64,000 nucleotides of DNA from Octopus vulgaris (GCA_951406725.2 OX597815.1:147684001-147748000), one strand, 5' to 3'; shown: positions 1 to 14,241, counted from the first letter of the stretch. The notes: generated from the letters alone by a model not told the origin. Numbers and translations are program-made.

Positions 1-544
1 ACGCCTCTCAGCTGTAGCAAGCTCAAAGTGCCAAACGAACGGTGAAATTTGAAGCGATGAAACGATTCTATAATAAACAGATTGTAACTATTTGTGTACT
101 TCTAAATGCCAGTAATATAATCTTGAATATCATGCATTCTTTCGGTAGATTCGGTTGGTTCCCAATCTCTGATAATTTTTGGAAATGCTTCGTTGTTATT
201 TCAACACCAGACGCCATCTTTGAGAGAAAAGCAAATAGAGACGACGCAAAATGTCAAGGGCAGTAACTCTTATTTTTACATGAAGCTCTAGCGTTTTTGG
301 ATGTTGTCGCACATCGCTGTTTACAATCATTACAACCACAATGACTATTTGGTGGGATTTCAAAGTATTCGGTCGCTGAAACTTCACAACAACCTACAAC
401 AACATCAAAATTACAAAAACAGAAACAAACAAAAAATCGAAGCAAAACAATATCAATTCATGGCTATGGTACATTGCTAAAATGCCATCTTTATCAAATG
501 AAGTGAATAATATGAGATTACGAAGCTAACATGTTGGTCGTATA

Positions 545-795
545 TCCAAGCTTTACCGTTATGCATTTCTAGAAATTTTGTAGGTTATTCTGTGTTAATA
601 TAGTTGGAAAAATTATGTAATATATTGATTCCAAAGTCTGGAGCACGAACAGCAAGTTGGAGTAAAGAGGTATACTATCGACACCCAAAGGTTAAGTCGA
701 ATTCCGTGGAATTTGAACTAATGCATAAAAACGAACGAAATGCCTCTAACACAATTGCCCTGCGTCCTGAAGATTCTGCCAGCTCACTGCCATAG
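545..795 (-). mobile_element. Decayed tRNA-derived SINE (family B)
   Basis: Similar to the 46.4-46.85 kb copies: tatcgacac-caaagg, gtcga-ttccgtggaatttgaact, ctgccagctcactgcc. Confidence 0.55.
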
Positions 796-998
796 CTATT
801 GCAAATTATTAAACTCCGAACTATTCACTGAATCATTTAATATGTAGTTCCTGTAATTGAAAATTAAAAACATATCTTGTTCTCCTTTCCTGAATCATTT
901 ACAACCTCGGTTTCCACGAACACACATACGAAATTACGCGCGCACACCCACATATACACATATAGGCATAAACATATGTAAAACGATATATATGTGAG

Positions 999-1036
<38 letters not shown>

Positions 1037-1160
1037 TATGCTTATATATGTATATGTTTACATATATATATACACACATATCTAGGCATACATGTATATA
1101 AATACACATGCACACATGTATGTATATATATATATATATATACGCTTATGTATGTATATA

Positions 1161-1191
<31 letters not shown>

Positions 1192-1213
1192 TCACATGTG
1201 TGCCTGTGTTGAC

Positions 1214-1267
<54 letters not shown>

Positions 1268-2059
1268 GTATGTATTTGAGGATAAAACTCTGAGATATTG
1301 CCTTTAATATATGCATTTAATTATTAAATTTTCAATACAAATTGAATTTCAATTCCTACATTAGTCTCCCATTAACAAAAAAAAAAAAATATTTGTAGTT
1401 CAGAATATGCACTTTACATTAACGGATGTACACTTCGTTAATGGCCTTAATAAACTACATTATTAATAGATTATCCAGTTCATTGGCGATTTACATTTTC
1501 CCTAAATATCAATTACGAAGAAGTTTAACATAACACGGCGATATTAAAAGCATGTACTGAAATATCAATGAATATTTAACTATTAACAGCTAACTATAAA
1601 TATACTATGTAAGATAGTTAAGTAATACTAGTAAAAATATAAATATACTATGTAATGAACGCTCTAAATAAATTGTATGAATCTCTCAGATATAAACGAA
1701 GAATAGATCACTACAATTATATTTAACAGATATTTAACTTGATGAAGTTTTCTTGCATATATTTTTTACTACATCTTTGAGTACTAGAGACCTTAGCAGC
1801 ATTTAAGACAGCAATTAAAAGTATATTTGGAGATAAACTGGCCTGCAAATTAATAACTGATTATAAGGGGAATATTGCCGAAATAACGTCAATTAGTTAA
1901 ATAAATCTTGTTGTAATTCTGAATTTCGTGATTATATAAAATTAAATATGATTAATAAAGCAGGATGACTTATTACATTAGAATCTATGAATGATAACAG
2001 CTGAAAGCTACTATTAAAATGCTGCATTTATAATATCGATTTCAAATGTTGGTACAAAG

Positions 2060-2230
2060 CAAGCAATTTAGGGGGATGGAGTAAGTCAATTACATCGATC
2101 CTATTGCTCAATGAGTACTTATATAATCGACCCCGAAAGAATGAAAGGCAAATCAATGTCGACGGGATATGAGCTCGGACCTTAAATATTTTCCCTAGGA
2201 TGCTAACGACTCTACCAGTTTGCTGCCTTA
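2060..2230 (-). mobile_element. Decayed SINE family B fragment
   Basis: tatcgaccccgaaagaatgaaaggcaaa core shared with the 46.7 kb copy. Confidence 0.6.
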
Positions 2231-2499
2231 CTTTGAGGAATATTAAGTAGTAGTGGTGAAAATTCAAACTCAAAGAAACGAAAGGGGCAGTGAATGCCGT
2301 GGATATCAACTCATTTTCTTCTCAAATTGAAGACCTGTATGACCCACGATTTGCGACAACACATGTAAGAGAACTGCAGTCTGCCAGTCACTCTTCACTC
2401 ATATTGTATCCACCCTTAACAGCACCACTAATGTCCACATAAATTTTATGAAATCAATTGGAAGGTAAACAATTTTAGGTGAAATAGAGTCAGACAAAT

Positions 2500-3110
2500 A
2501 CTAGAAATGGCACTCGCTTCTATTGTAGAAAACTTAAATAACAATATATCTGGCGTAAATGGATTAATACTGAGATTCTCAAACATGGAGGTGAGAAGGG
2601 GAAAAACTTTGACACGGTAATATTACGTTGTCGGTGTGTGGATAAGGTACTGCAAGACTGGATTGAAGCTATCATGGTCTCCCTTTCCAAATCAGATACG
2701 AAGAAACAATGTCAGAATTTTAGGTGTGTTTCACTATTGTCAGTTTTCAGTAATTTCTAGAGCGTTTCCTTTTGGTGCAACATAATATATTCATGGCGCA
2801 AACAGTCATATTCGATATAATGCCTTCTGGGGGTGGAAAAAAGCACTAATGACAAGAGCTTTACATTCAGATAACATCAGGAAAAATTTGTCGAACAGAA
2901 ACTCAGACACTCGATTCTGTTTATAGAAATGCATAATGGGTCAGGTTGCCTAAATTTAGACGTTCACAAATGTTTGTGAATGCATAGAAATCTCTTCATA
3001 AAGATATGAAAACCAAAATAAAATTGAGAGCACACCCTCAAGCCTTTCTCCCATGAAATGTGGTTTGAAAGAACCAAGCATTGATGCACCTAATCTTTGG
3101 AATTACCAAA
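2500..3110 (+). pseudogene. Highly decayed RTE-like LINE reverse transcriptase fragment
   Basis: Hand translation near 2645-2760 gives VLQDWIEAIMVSLSKSDTKKQCQNFRCVSLLSVFS, matching the non-LTR RT motif PQDW..A.IV.L.K.G....C.NYRGISLLS; broken by stops and frameshifts. Confidence 0.6.
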
Positions 3111-4099
3111 ACATCAGTGAAAGTTTAAGGAAAACGTCACTAATTTTAGTAATGTTTAATTGTTTTATTAAGACGGAAAGGAAACAAGTACTTCCATATC
3201 ATTATTTACTAATTGTTTAGGTGCCTACACTATATAATACATACTTCAATTTTTTTGCATTCTTCCATACATCATTTATCAGGAAGATTTTTTTTTTACT
3301 TTTCTCCTATTCTTTATAATGTTGTTTACAATGTACTATAACAAGATTTTGAAATTAAGTTATTTCTCGATTAATTCCATTATGTATTGTGATAGATTGT
3401 AACATTCTTATAAAATGAGAATTTTAAGAGATATTTGGGAGTCGCATAACAATCATAAATTTCTTTTCAAGAAATAAAGATATACGATTTAGTACAATTT
3501 CAGAGTTTGTGGTAAATAATGAACAACTTACAATTGGTAGATGATGAATATTTCATTTTTTTAACGAAAAAATACAATTCCCAATAAACCCATTTAATCA
3601 CATATGCACATATATATATATACATACATACATACATACATATATACATACATACATACATACATACATACATGCATGCATGCATATACATACATTCATA
3701 CATACATAAACGTTTATATGTTTGTGTTGCAAGATTCCAGATGTGAAACCGTGTGTTGAAACATATTGTTGTATTTGAGGATAGTAATTTTTTAGACAAA
3801 TATTCACACGCACTATATATTCGCTCTTCGTTCGTTTGTTACTGTTCTTATTTTAACTCGTCCATTTTCCGGAGATATTTCGCCACACCAGGCGATCCTC
3901 AGCAACACCGTCCTTCCTCGTGTGTACTCCTGCTCCGCTTATTTTAGTGGTGTTGACACCGTCGGATTGAATGCTGCTGCTCAGGTGTCGAAACCATAAT
4001 GATATTCGTGTAGCAGTTGATGATGGAAGCATGTTGCATTGTTGCTATGGCTGTTGTTGTATATGTGGAGTAGTATTATTGTTATAACACATCCTTTTG

Positions 4100-4131
<32 letters not shown>

Positions 4132-5623
4132 AGGTTATTTGAAATATGTTTGTCACATATTTCAACTGCTAAGAGGCATACACAGTGGAGAAAAGAAAAC
4201 CCTCTTATGATTAAAATGTCATGAAAAGGGACAGCACTCATAGAGCATAAAATGTTGGACTGGAAATAAACATCATGTCTCTAAAAAAATATACACAACG
4301 CTAGTGAAAAGAGGAAGTTGCAGAATTGATTATCTACGTAATGCACTCATATTTGATATTTATAATATAATTATACGAAAATTAATTTATTCTACTTCAG
4401 TACAACAAACGTATGTCCTTAGATCATCAAGTAACCATCAAAGATAGTACATGCTACATGTATATTAGATTTTAGCACGTCGCACACGACGATGATGAGA
4501 TGAACCAGCAATTAATTTGTGGAAATAAATGATGGAAATAAATGTTTGCAGAAGAATCATCATTTTTGAGGCTTTGATTTCTATTTATGTTCAACTATTT
4601 TGCCTCAATATTTGTTAGTTTTATATAACATCAGCGTCTCCACTCTTTTCGACTTCTTGCAATATCTCTCACGTGTGTTTCTGCTCACTTAGTTTAGTTT
4701 ATCATTTAATTTGTCTTCATATTATAATGGTGTTTGTCCATATCCACCTGTGTCAATCGCATACTGATAATACTCCAAAGGTTATACCAAGAGTTCATGT
4801 TGAAGGTAAAGCTCGAAAGGCATTCGTCTGTTAATTTATCACAGATCAACTATGACAAATTATGTCAGTTCGTGAAATGATTGAAGTAAATGTAACGAAA
4901 GGAATGGGAATCAGAAATTTGGCAAACCCTATGAGAGTCTTTGAAATCCCCCATGGATTTTCGAAAGTAGGAATATTCGTAGAAAACAGTTACCTGAACC
5001 ATCCTCTTACATGGGATTGAGTCTTAAAAAACTTCGTTATAATCATAACAGGCAATTGAATATTCATAACACTAGGTTAGTGCAAAATTATGCAATATAA
5101 AACTGTAGACAAAGGGAAGGGTGATATTCTGTGAATTATAATATCAGAACTCAAAGGAAACAAGGCTCCTCGGGGCAACGTTTGCACGAGATGTTGTTTC
5201 GAGACCCCTCATGAGGTCTTCAACTCTTTCGATCAAAAAGAGTTTCACAACATAATATTTACATGCTGTAACATCTAGCTTATATGTATTTTAAGAACTG
5301 CTTCCAAACAAGAATTTCTCTCGAAAGTCTGTAAATTGTTCTGACTTTTTTAACGTATATATAAATATATATCAAAGAGAGCCATGGAATAAGTTTTGGT
5401 ATTATTTATTTGGCATTACACAAAATTGTTCATGTAGAAAAACTATGTAAAACATCCCAATTAGAAATTCTTCAGACAGATAACCAAATAATGCTCATAT
5501 TTAATATTATAATATTTGATTCCCTGTCTGAATTGAATCGCAAATAGGTAATGTTTTACAGGATTTTCCCGCATGTGCAATTCTGTAATTCTTATTAACA
5601 AATGAAACAATTGTAATGGTCAA

Positions 5624-5719
<96 letters not shown>

Positions 5720-6176
5720 GTATTCATGTACTTGTATATATTACAGGTTTCTTATAAGAAAGTTATGCCTTTTTTGTTTCTCTTAAGAAAACTTTCATAT
5801 AGACAGAATATGTTTATTGCGAAATGTCTATCGCATGGGATGTTTCAAAGTATAGCTAGAGGAGTTGTCTGGAAAGGTTTCGTTAACAATATGTTAATCA
5901 AAGTAATAATAAAACATGACAAGGATGATGATGATGATGATGATGACGACGACGATGACGTTAATAACGTTAATGATAATAATAATTATAGTAATAATAA
6001 TAGCATTAATAATAATGATGATAATGATATTAATAAAACAATAATAATGATGAAGATGATAACTATGAAGATGATCATGATGTTGATGGTCATGAATTTT
6101 TAAATAAAAAAAACAGCAGCAATAATGAAATTTTGAGTAGCACTAAAAAAAAACGAGATTTTTATTTATTTTTACA

Positions 6177-6253
<77 letters not shown>

Positions 6254-7560
6254 GTTATTATTGTTGCTCTTCTTGTTGTTGTTGTTGTTGTTATTACTAT
6301 TACTATTACTTCTTCAATATTACTGAGTAGTGTTGTTTTGTCTCTGCAAACTATTTTTCATTGCACGAGTAATGAAAATATGACCTAAATCCATTTAGCT
6401 GATGAAGTATTGTAATTAATCCGCATGATTAAGTGAAAACATCAACATATGGCTCGATTAGCCGCTAGGTTCTCGGAAGATAATAAATATACTTCATGTA
6501 TATGTGATTAGACAGAAAAATATTGAAATTGCAATACTGACCAACTTTTTGATGGCTACGATAGTGGAATAGGGAACATAATATTTCCTTGCATATAATT
6601 TAAGGTATATAATTGGATTGAGATTTATTTCATTTTATTTACGTTCAGATTGTATACAAAACAATATTACCTTGTTAATCTAACACGTACAATTATGGAA
6701 AATACATATGATACCAGGAAAGCGATAACTAAGTGTTCTTCCTTTACATAAATGGCCACATTATCGAACGTATATTTTCTATAATATACTCTAAGATTGG
6801 ATATAAAATAAATTCGGTGGCTGTATTTATCAAATCTATCAAACACATGCGGGTTTCTGAATCGTGTCGACGAGGAAGTGCTATTGTTTATGTCGTTATG
6901 TTTAATTCTGTGTTACTTCTGACTATTATGGCGCATAATCAAAATTATTGGCCTACAAGAAACGTCACTGCTAGTTCTATTTCACAGCTTTATAAATATT
7001 AGTGAAATGCATAACCAATTAACGAATTAAATTATCGATTACTTCTCTAGTTATTTCACCAATCTATCAAGCAGCTGGTGTGTTAGTCTGTAAATTGTTC
7101 TTACTGTCTCCCCTTCTTAAAATTTATGAGCTATATGATCTATGAGAATGTGTGTTTCATGAGTGGGTGAAAGTCTGAGCAAGTGGACGGGCGAAATTGA
7201 GAGAGAATGATGGTTCTTTGAGAGAAAGAAAGTGTATTTTAAAAAAATGAGTTGGATAGCACAATAGTCACCGTCGCAATTTTTTATAATCATATTTCCA
7301 TTTAAAAGAGCTTGCACATCGAAAACAGAGAATGTAAGAAACCTTCAAACCAGCTGTACAAAAGCTAAGAAGAGGAAAACAGGAAAATATAAAACTAGAA
7401 AATTGCATACATCCCAGGAATTGGTTTCAAATTTTGGTAGTGCCAGGAAGTTTGAGGCAGTGGATAGGCCGACGACATCGAATCCTACGGTTTATGTATG
7501 TATGTATGTATGTATGTATGTTTGTATGTATGTATGTATGTATGTATGTATGTATGTATG

Positions 7561-7605
<45 letters not shown>

Positions 7606-7698
7606 GTATATATATGTAAAAGTGTGTGTATGTGTGTGTGTGTTTGTGTGTGTATAGTGTTGTACCTCGGTTTTTGAACAACTCTGATGGAATAAATG

Positions 7699-7738
<40 letters not shown>

Positions 7739-8118
7739 GGACGCGTCTGAAAGGATTGGAGACAAACACTTTCCTTTCTGGTCAATCTCTCATCAAGTTT
7801 TTCAAGTATCATTTGAAAAGGAAAGTGAGAGTACAGAGGCAAGTTTTGTCTAGCGAATGTTTCAAGGAAAGATGGGTGAATGTAACAAGGATGGCACGTA
7901 TGAATGACGAAGCCACCTTGAGCATAATCCTATGAACCCGCAAAATTTTAAACGAGTGACATTCAGTAACAATACCCTAGAGTAAGCATAATTTGGCAGC
8001 ATTACGGGGCAGCAATAGATAGGACGAATGCCACTCTTATTTGGACCCAGAAATCATCGTCTTCAGCTAGCTATATATTGCTTCTAACCAGGGCTGCCAC
8101 TATAATTTAGCAAATAGT

Positions 8119-8175
<57 letters not shown>

Positions 8176-8224
8176 GCATGCATTCATATACATATGTGTA
8201 TACAGATATATATATATACAAACA

Positions 8225-8281
<57 letters not shown>

Positions 8282-8282
<1 letters not shown>

Positions 8283-8510
8283 ATTGCAGTTGGAAGGTGT
8301 TTATAAGCCATTTAAGAAACACTCAAAACCGTTAGATTCACTTCAACATATAAATTTAATTTGTCAATATTTTTGTCGCTTTGAGAGCGCGACCTGTTCA
8401 ATGACAATGTGTTTCTTAAATGGCTTATAAACACCTTCCAAGCTGCAATTGTTTTCGTTCCAGCATGCGATCTTAGATCAAGTTACTCGCTTTGCAAGTA
8501 CATCTCCGTA
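8282..8510. mobile_element. Small fold-back element (about 41-bp inverted arms) between TA tracts, probable Penelope pLTR remnant
   Basis: 8282-8322 is the reverse complement of 8409-8450; the loop holds a degenerate hammerhead-like fold on the minus strand (8361-8407). Confidence 0.55.
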
Positions 8511-8591
<81 letters not shown>

Positions 8592-8641
8592 TATATGTAC
8601 AGATATATACACACACACACACATTTATATATATACATACA

Positions 8642-8687
<46 letters not shown>

Positions 8688-8759
8688 TATATATATACAT
8701 ACACATACACATACACACATACACACACACACATATATATATATGTAAATATTTATATA

Positions 8760-8834
<75 letters not shown>

Positions 8835-9237
8835 TGTGTGATAGGTAAGCAGTCGCCATCCGCATGGTATGCTCACTTACGGATATGGGTACATGCGTAC
8901 ATATATACATATATAAACACATATATCGCGAACTCACTGTTACATGCTCAGATGCAGTGCGAAGTTTTGTCAGTGAACTGTTCGCGGCTTCAAAGTGAAG
9001 ATAATGTTTTGACACAAATGAAATGTGTTCTTCAATGGGTTACAAACTAATTACATCCTGCAAAACCATTATTGACTACAGGACATTTTATACCATGACG
9101 ACAACGGTATCACATTTTGTATATGGCTGTACATCTGTCTGTGAGAGTATATAAATGTATGTGTGTTTCTATTTCTCTGTGTGTGTGTGTGTGTGTGTAT
9201 TTTCGTGTTAGGGACGTTATTACATCTGCACACACAC

Positions 9238-9282
<45 letters not shown>

Positions 9283-9478
9283 ACGTAGCGGTACGTTATT
9301 AACTACACACACACACATACACAGACATATACATATGTGACGATTGATATGCTTCAATACACGAACTTACATACATAATTTTGAAAAACAAATCCCAACA
9401 CGAAATATATATATATATATATTAGTGAATTGAAGAAATGGAGTTGAACGAAGATTGAACAGAAATCGTTTTATTGCA

Positions 9479-9558
9479 TTCTACACGTGTTTCGAAAGCC
9501 ACAATTTACCAAATTCCGATTGAATAAGGAGACCATATTGAGTCTTTCTCTTCAGGAA
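9479..9558 (-). ncRNA. Type I minimal hammerhead ribozyme
   Basis: Reverse-complement copy of 9710-9789 with an intact CTGAAGA / GAAA / GTA core. Confidence 0.75.
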
Positions 9559-9709
9559 GAAATAGGAAATCCGTACATGGGCACATGCGTACATATATAC
9601 ATATATAAACACATATATATCGCGAACTCACTGTTACATGGTCAGATGCAGTGCGAAGTTTTGTCAGTGAACTGTTCGCGGCTTCAAAGTGTTCGCGGCT
9701 TCCTATTTC

Positions 9710-9789
9710 TTCCTGAAGAGAAAGACACAATATGGTCTCCTTATTCAATCGGATTTTGGTAAATTGTGGCTTTCGAAACACGTGTAGAA
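9710..9789 (+). ncRNA. Type I minimal hammerhead ribozyme
   Basis: ttc-CTGAAGA-gaaagacacaat...attgtggctttc-GAAA-cacgtg-TA-gaa: stems I and II pair, stem III is palindromic, GUA cleavage triplet. Confidence 0.8.
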
Positions 9790-9999
9790 TGCAATAAAAC
9801 GATTTCTGTTCAATCTTCGTTCAACTCCATTTCTTCAATTCACTAATAATATTAAAATTCAATTATCCGCACCAACGCATGGTTGCAACACCATATGGTT
9901 GTACCTCCAACCGTGCTGTCTTCTGCTGTGATTTTTGCTACCAAGGTATCGGTTAAACTTTTGATTAATCTGCAATAAGATTATTCATCTTTCTATTTC

Positions 10000-10099
<100 letters not shown>

Positions 10100-12627
10100 T
10101 ATATATGGACAGAGAGAAAGAAAAAGTGTAAGGGAGATAGAGGGATAGATATAGATTGATGATCAGAGGTCCAATTGATGCTTCGGTATACCACGTTTTA
10201 CACAAACTTGGACACACACACGCACACACAAGCACTCACCAGCATACACATACACACACACACACGCATATATATATATATATACATATATATATATGAG
10301 TGTGTGTGTATGAGTATATCTATATCTATATCTATATTTCTATCGATCGATTTATGTATGTAAATTTCATATGGGCATCAAAAGAACATTTCACATTTAA
10401 GTAAAACTGTCGAACATATTCCAAAATATTTTACTACTACTTATATAAAACCACAGAGAAATCGAAAATTCTCGAGAGTAGTCACAATAAGTTCCATTCC
10501 GTTTTGAATTAAGAAAAAAGAAAGATATTATCAGAGTTTAAAGAAATGGGTAAAGGAACCTTCTAACATACTGGAATCTGTTATTCAGAAGATGAAGTGA
10601 TTTCCATGTTACTTCACTAATAATATTGACTATGTATATATATAAAAAAAAAACCTCAAAAAAGAGAAAGGAACTAACAAAAGAACAAATACAGTATTCC
10701 TATAAAAATATATAACACGGTCTATATCTGTTAATAGGACTTTTAGCTTCCACTTTGTTTAATATGTTTAACAAAATCAGTTTAGTGAAGGAAATAATAC
10801 ACTGGATGTTAAGTTTCAATGAAATCTATTTGAGATTGGTGTATTCATTCCAATTCACAATTATAGACATAAACACATATACACCCAGGCTCTTAATCAC
10901 AAAATAATCATACATACACAAAATCGTATTCAAGTGTCTTTGAGAGTGTGTCTGTGTACGTGCGTTTGTACGATTATAAATATATTCTTGTTTATGCTTA
11001 AATATACCACATATAATCTGATAGTTAAACGTTTTTTCTTGTAACGCTGTAGTTGTAAGGAATAGATTTTTTAAATTATCAATAATTACACAGCATTGCA
11101 TTTCATCATTCTGAAAGTCAACTGATAAACCTAATGTGTGCCCTTTTCACATGTTCAGATGAAATGAATGGGTTGGAATATTAGATTCTAGATTACGAAT
11201 GAAACGAGAATTAGTAACACTCTTGCTCAAGGAATTTTCAGCCTCAGATTTAACATGGAAGGTGAACTATGTATAAGGATGTGGAATGGTTAGCCTGGTC
11301 TGAGTAGCTCTTCATATTAAAAGGATTACTTCTCCTCTCAGCATTTAGTACTATTCATATTGTTTATTTCTAATAAGTGCAGAGAATTTCGTTATGCCAC
11401 TATGATATACTACCAAGTATATCAAAGGCTTATAAGACACTATTTTTTGTTATGAAATATTGTGATATATCAGTCCTGGCTCTAATTTCTATAGAAAATC
11501 TGTAGAGATAAATTTACAACGAAATCATATTATGTCATACAATATTATACCATTGGATCGCAGCCGAAATAGTGTAACAGGATAAACCATGTTTCTGCCT
11601 TGATTGAAATTTCAAGAGCAAATTTAAAATACAGTGTTTTGAAAAGTCGAACTAGCCAAAATAAATATTTATTAAGCCTGTGATCCTCCACAAGCTTTTT
11701 TTGTTTTTGCAAAATTCCAGTCTCAACGACAGAAATGTATGCATACTTGTGTCACATAATTAAAGATATACAACAATGAATCACACGCAACAATGTAAAA
11801 AAACTACAGAAAATATAGATTACTTTCTATGGGTTACTGGTTTCTTCAGCAGAGTACATTAAATGCTCGCACAGTTAATATTAACACTCATCTTGCAAAT
11901 AAATGGCAAGTATATTCTTTTGTTCTTTATGTCTCAGTGAAACAAGTAGTTATTAAGTTGGCTTAGAGGTTATTTAATGAATATTCTTCAAGGTTTATAT
12001 GGCATGCAAAATGTCTTCTGTCAGTGTGACAGATAATAAATTCCTCAAAGTACATTCTTTTCACAGCATAGGGACCTATAATTCGTCAATGAAAAGTAGG
12101 GTTTCTATTTTATCATTTTTATTCGTCGGCAATAATTTTCTCTTGTCAGTCTTTATAATACTAACTTAGTTGGGATGTTACTGGAATTTCCTTATACATT
12201 GTGTTGATAAAGATACAAATGGATGTCTTAATATAAGAGTAATATTTGTTAATCAATGATACGAGGTTAATTTCTACAAGGAATTGACTCCAGGGCCCTA
12301 TTACGTATTGCATAATTTTACGATATTGTCGTACTTCTACGACAGCTAGGGGTGAACAAATTTAGGCTCACAATTTCTTGTCACTGGTGAAACAACTCAT
12401 CAATTTTCCTTTTTGATGTATGCAATCATACATTACACAATTATATATATATACAGAGAGAGAGAGAGAGAGAGAGAGAACAATGTGCACGCACGCCACT
12501 ATATATATATATATATATATATATTATATCAAATTAGAGACAAAACCACTATTATGCAAATCAAACAAAGAAAGACTTAAGCCAATACATAAAATAATTT
12601 ACATAAATTAAAATTTAACATATGAAT

Positions 12628-12679
12628 AACCACTACGATCGTTTCGTGTCAGCACATCTTAGACATTCTTCAGGTGGTT
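12628..12679 (-). ncRNA. Type I minimal hammerhead ribozyme
   Basis: Minus strand reads aaccac-CTGAAGA-atgtc...gacac-GAAA-cgatcg-TA-gtggtt: 6-bp stem I, palindromic stem III. Confidence 0.85.
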
Positions 12680-12743
12680 TCAAAATCTTCTTAGCGAGTT
12701 TTAAATTAAGTTCATAATTTAAAACTCGCTAAGAAGGTTTTGA

Positions 12744-12795
12744 AACCACATGAAGAATGTCTAAGATGTGCTGACACGAAACGATCGTAGTGGTT
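12744..12795 (+). ncRNA. Hammerhead ribozyme copy with C3>A core mutation
   Basis: aaccac-ATGAAGA-...-GAAA-cgatcg-TA-gtggtt. Confidence 0.7.
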
Positions 12796-13010
12796 ATTCA
12801 TATGTTAAATTTTAATTTATATAAATTATTTTATGTATTGGCTTAAGTCTTTCTTTGTTTGATTTGCATAATAGTTGTTTTGTCTCTAATTTGATATAAT
12901 ATAATATTTTATTATAAAATTGGATTCAATCTTAAATCTGATTTTTCCTTGTAAATTTGGATTTATTCCCTAATATTTATTATTATTATTATATATATAT
13001 ATATACAACA

Positions 13011-13581
13011 TGGGACAAGAACGCAAAACATTCGGACAGCTAAGTGATAGAAAAAGGGACAGCAAAACATCCACATAGACGATACAAAGAAAACAAGAAG
13101 GGGTCATTCGAAGTCTTTGTTCTTCAGTCAAGTACCAGATTATCCTCGTAATTTCGGCTGATTAATCTTGAGATTGCTCCAATCTGGCCACCCGAAGGAA
13201 AAACTAAGCTAAGAGCATTAGATTCTTTGGAAGAAAACAGCTTATCTATACAAAAACAAAGGTTCATTTTCACACACGCTAGCTTAATTCAATGCGTCCT
13301 TAGTCGAAAGACACCTGTTAATATGTCCTGTTGTTATTAGTATTGTATTTTTTAATTGTATTTCTCCGTCTTTGTTTTTGTATACATTCGAAGCTTTTTT
13401 CCAAGGAAACTAATGCTCTTCGCTTAGTTTTTCCTTGAGGCTGGCCAGATTGGAGCAATCTCAAGAATAATCAGCCGTAATTGCGAGGATAATCTGGTGC
13501 TTGACTGAAAAAAAATAATTTCGAATGACCTGTCCTTGTTTTATTTGTATCGTCTATCTGGATGTTTGTGTTTTTGTCCCA
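13011..13581. mobile_element. Diverged fold-back element (arms about 13055-13261 and 13370-13581)
   Basis: cttgagattgctccaatctggcca and its reverse complement tggccagattggagcaatctcaag; flanked by TA/TC tracts. Confidence 0.65.
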
Positions 13582-13643
13582 TTCTCTCTCTCTCTCTCTC
13601 TCTCTGTATAAATATATATATATATATACACACAAACACACAC

Positions 13644-14140
13644 ATAAATTAGAAGCGGAAACCAAAACTATTAATTGAACAATTAAATAATTTAATCATT
13701 AAATGATAAATTCAATTCAAATTTTCCTATTTCATACAAAAAATATTTCATGAGATATTTAAGAAGGTATGTCGATCTGCTGAAATCTCATTATATTTAA
13801 ACGATATTTATTATTCCTGAAAAATTGTTTTTTATTATTGGAGTTCAAACAGCTGTAAGTTATGAGATGTATCATTTGTTTGCATAAAATATTAAAATTG
13901 AATTGAATTGAATTTATCATTTAATGATTAAACTATTTAATTATTCAAGTTATTGTTTAGGTTTCCATTTCTAATTTATATTTTTATATTGATAAACTCT
14001 ATGTTTATTTTATTTATTTACCTATTTGTTAAGAGCAATAGTTCATAACATTGTTATTCATATAGGTAAAAAAAAAACAAGTAAGTTCTTCGGATATTTA
14101 ATATCCCCTGAAGCTGGTTATTTAACACCTGGCTAAATTG
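13644..14140. mobile_element. Old AT-rich fold-back element (arms about 13644-13718 and 13900-13980)
   Basis: tttaatcattaaatgataaattcaattcaa versus ttgaattgaatttatcatttaatgattaaa; decayed CTGAAAA...cAAA-cagctg-TA near 13818-13857. Confidence 0.5.
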
Positions 14141-14141
14141 T

Positions 14142-14241
<100 letters not shown>

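Larger units (their letters stand above)
9421..9995. mobile_element. Fold-back Penelope-type pLTR element: inverted arms 9421-9568 and 9699-9847 plus right-hand tail
   Basis: Near-perfect inverted repeat of about 148 bp, flanked by (TA)n, hammerhead in each arm. Confidence 0.8.
12521..12990. mobile_element. Fold-back Penelope-type pLTR element (arms about 12521-12707 and 12716-12903, very short loop, right-hand tail)
   Basis: About 185-bp near-perfect palindrome between (TA)n tracts with a hammerhead in each arm. Confidence 0.8.

Noticed and set aside
7850-8072. CTGAAGA ... GAAA on the minus strand
   Set aside because: No convincing stem II or cleavage triplet
11159-11265. Possible exon with AG/GT boundaries
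   Set aside because: In-frame stop just after the acceptor in the only long frame; no recognisable homology
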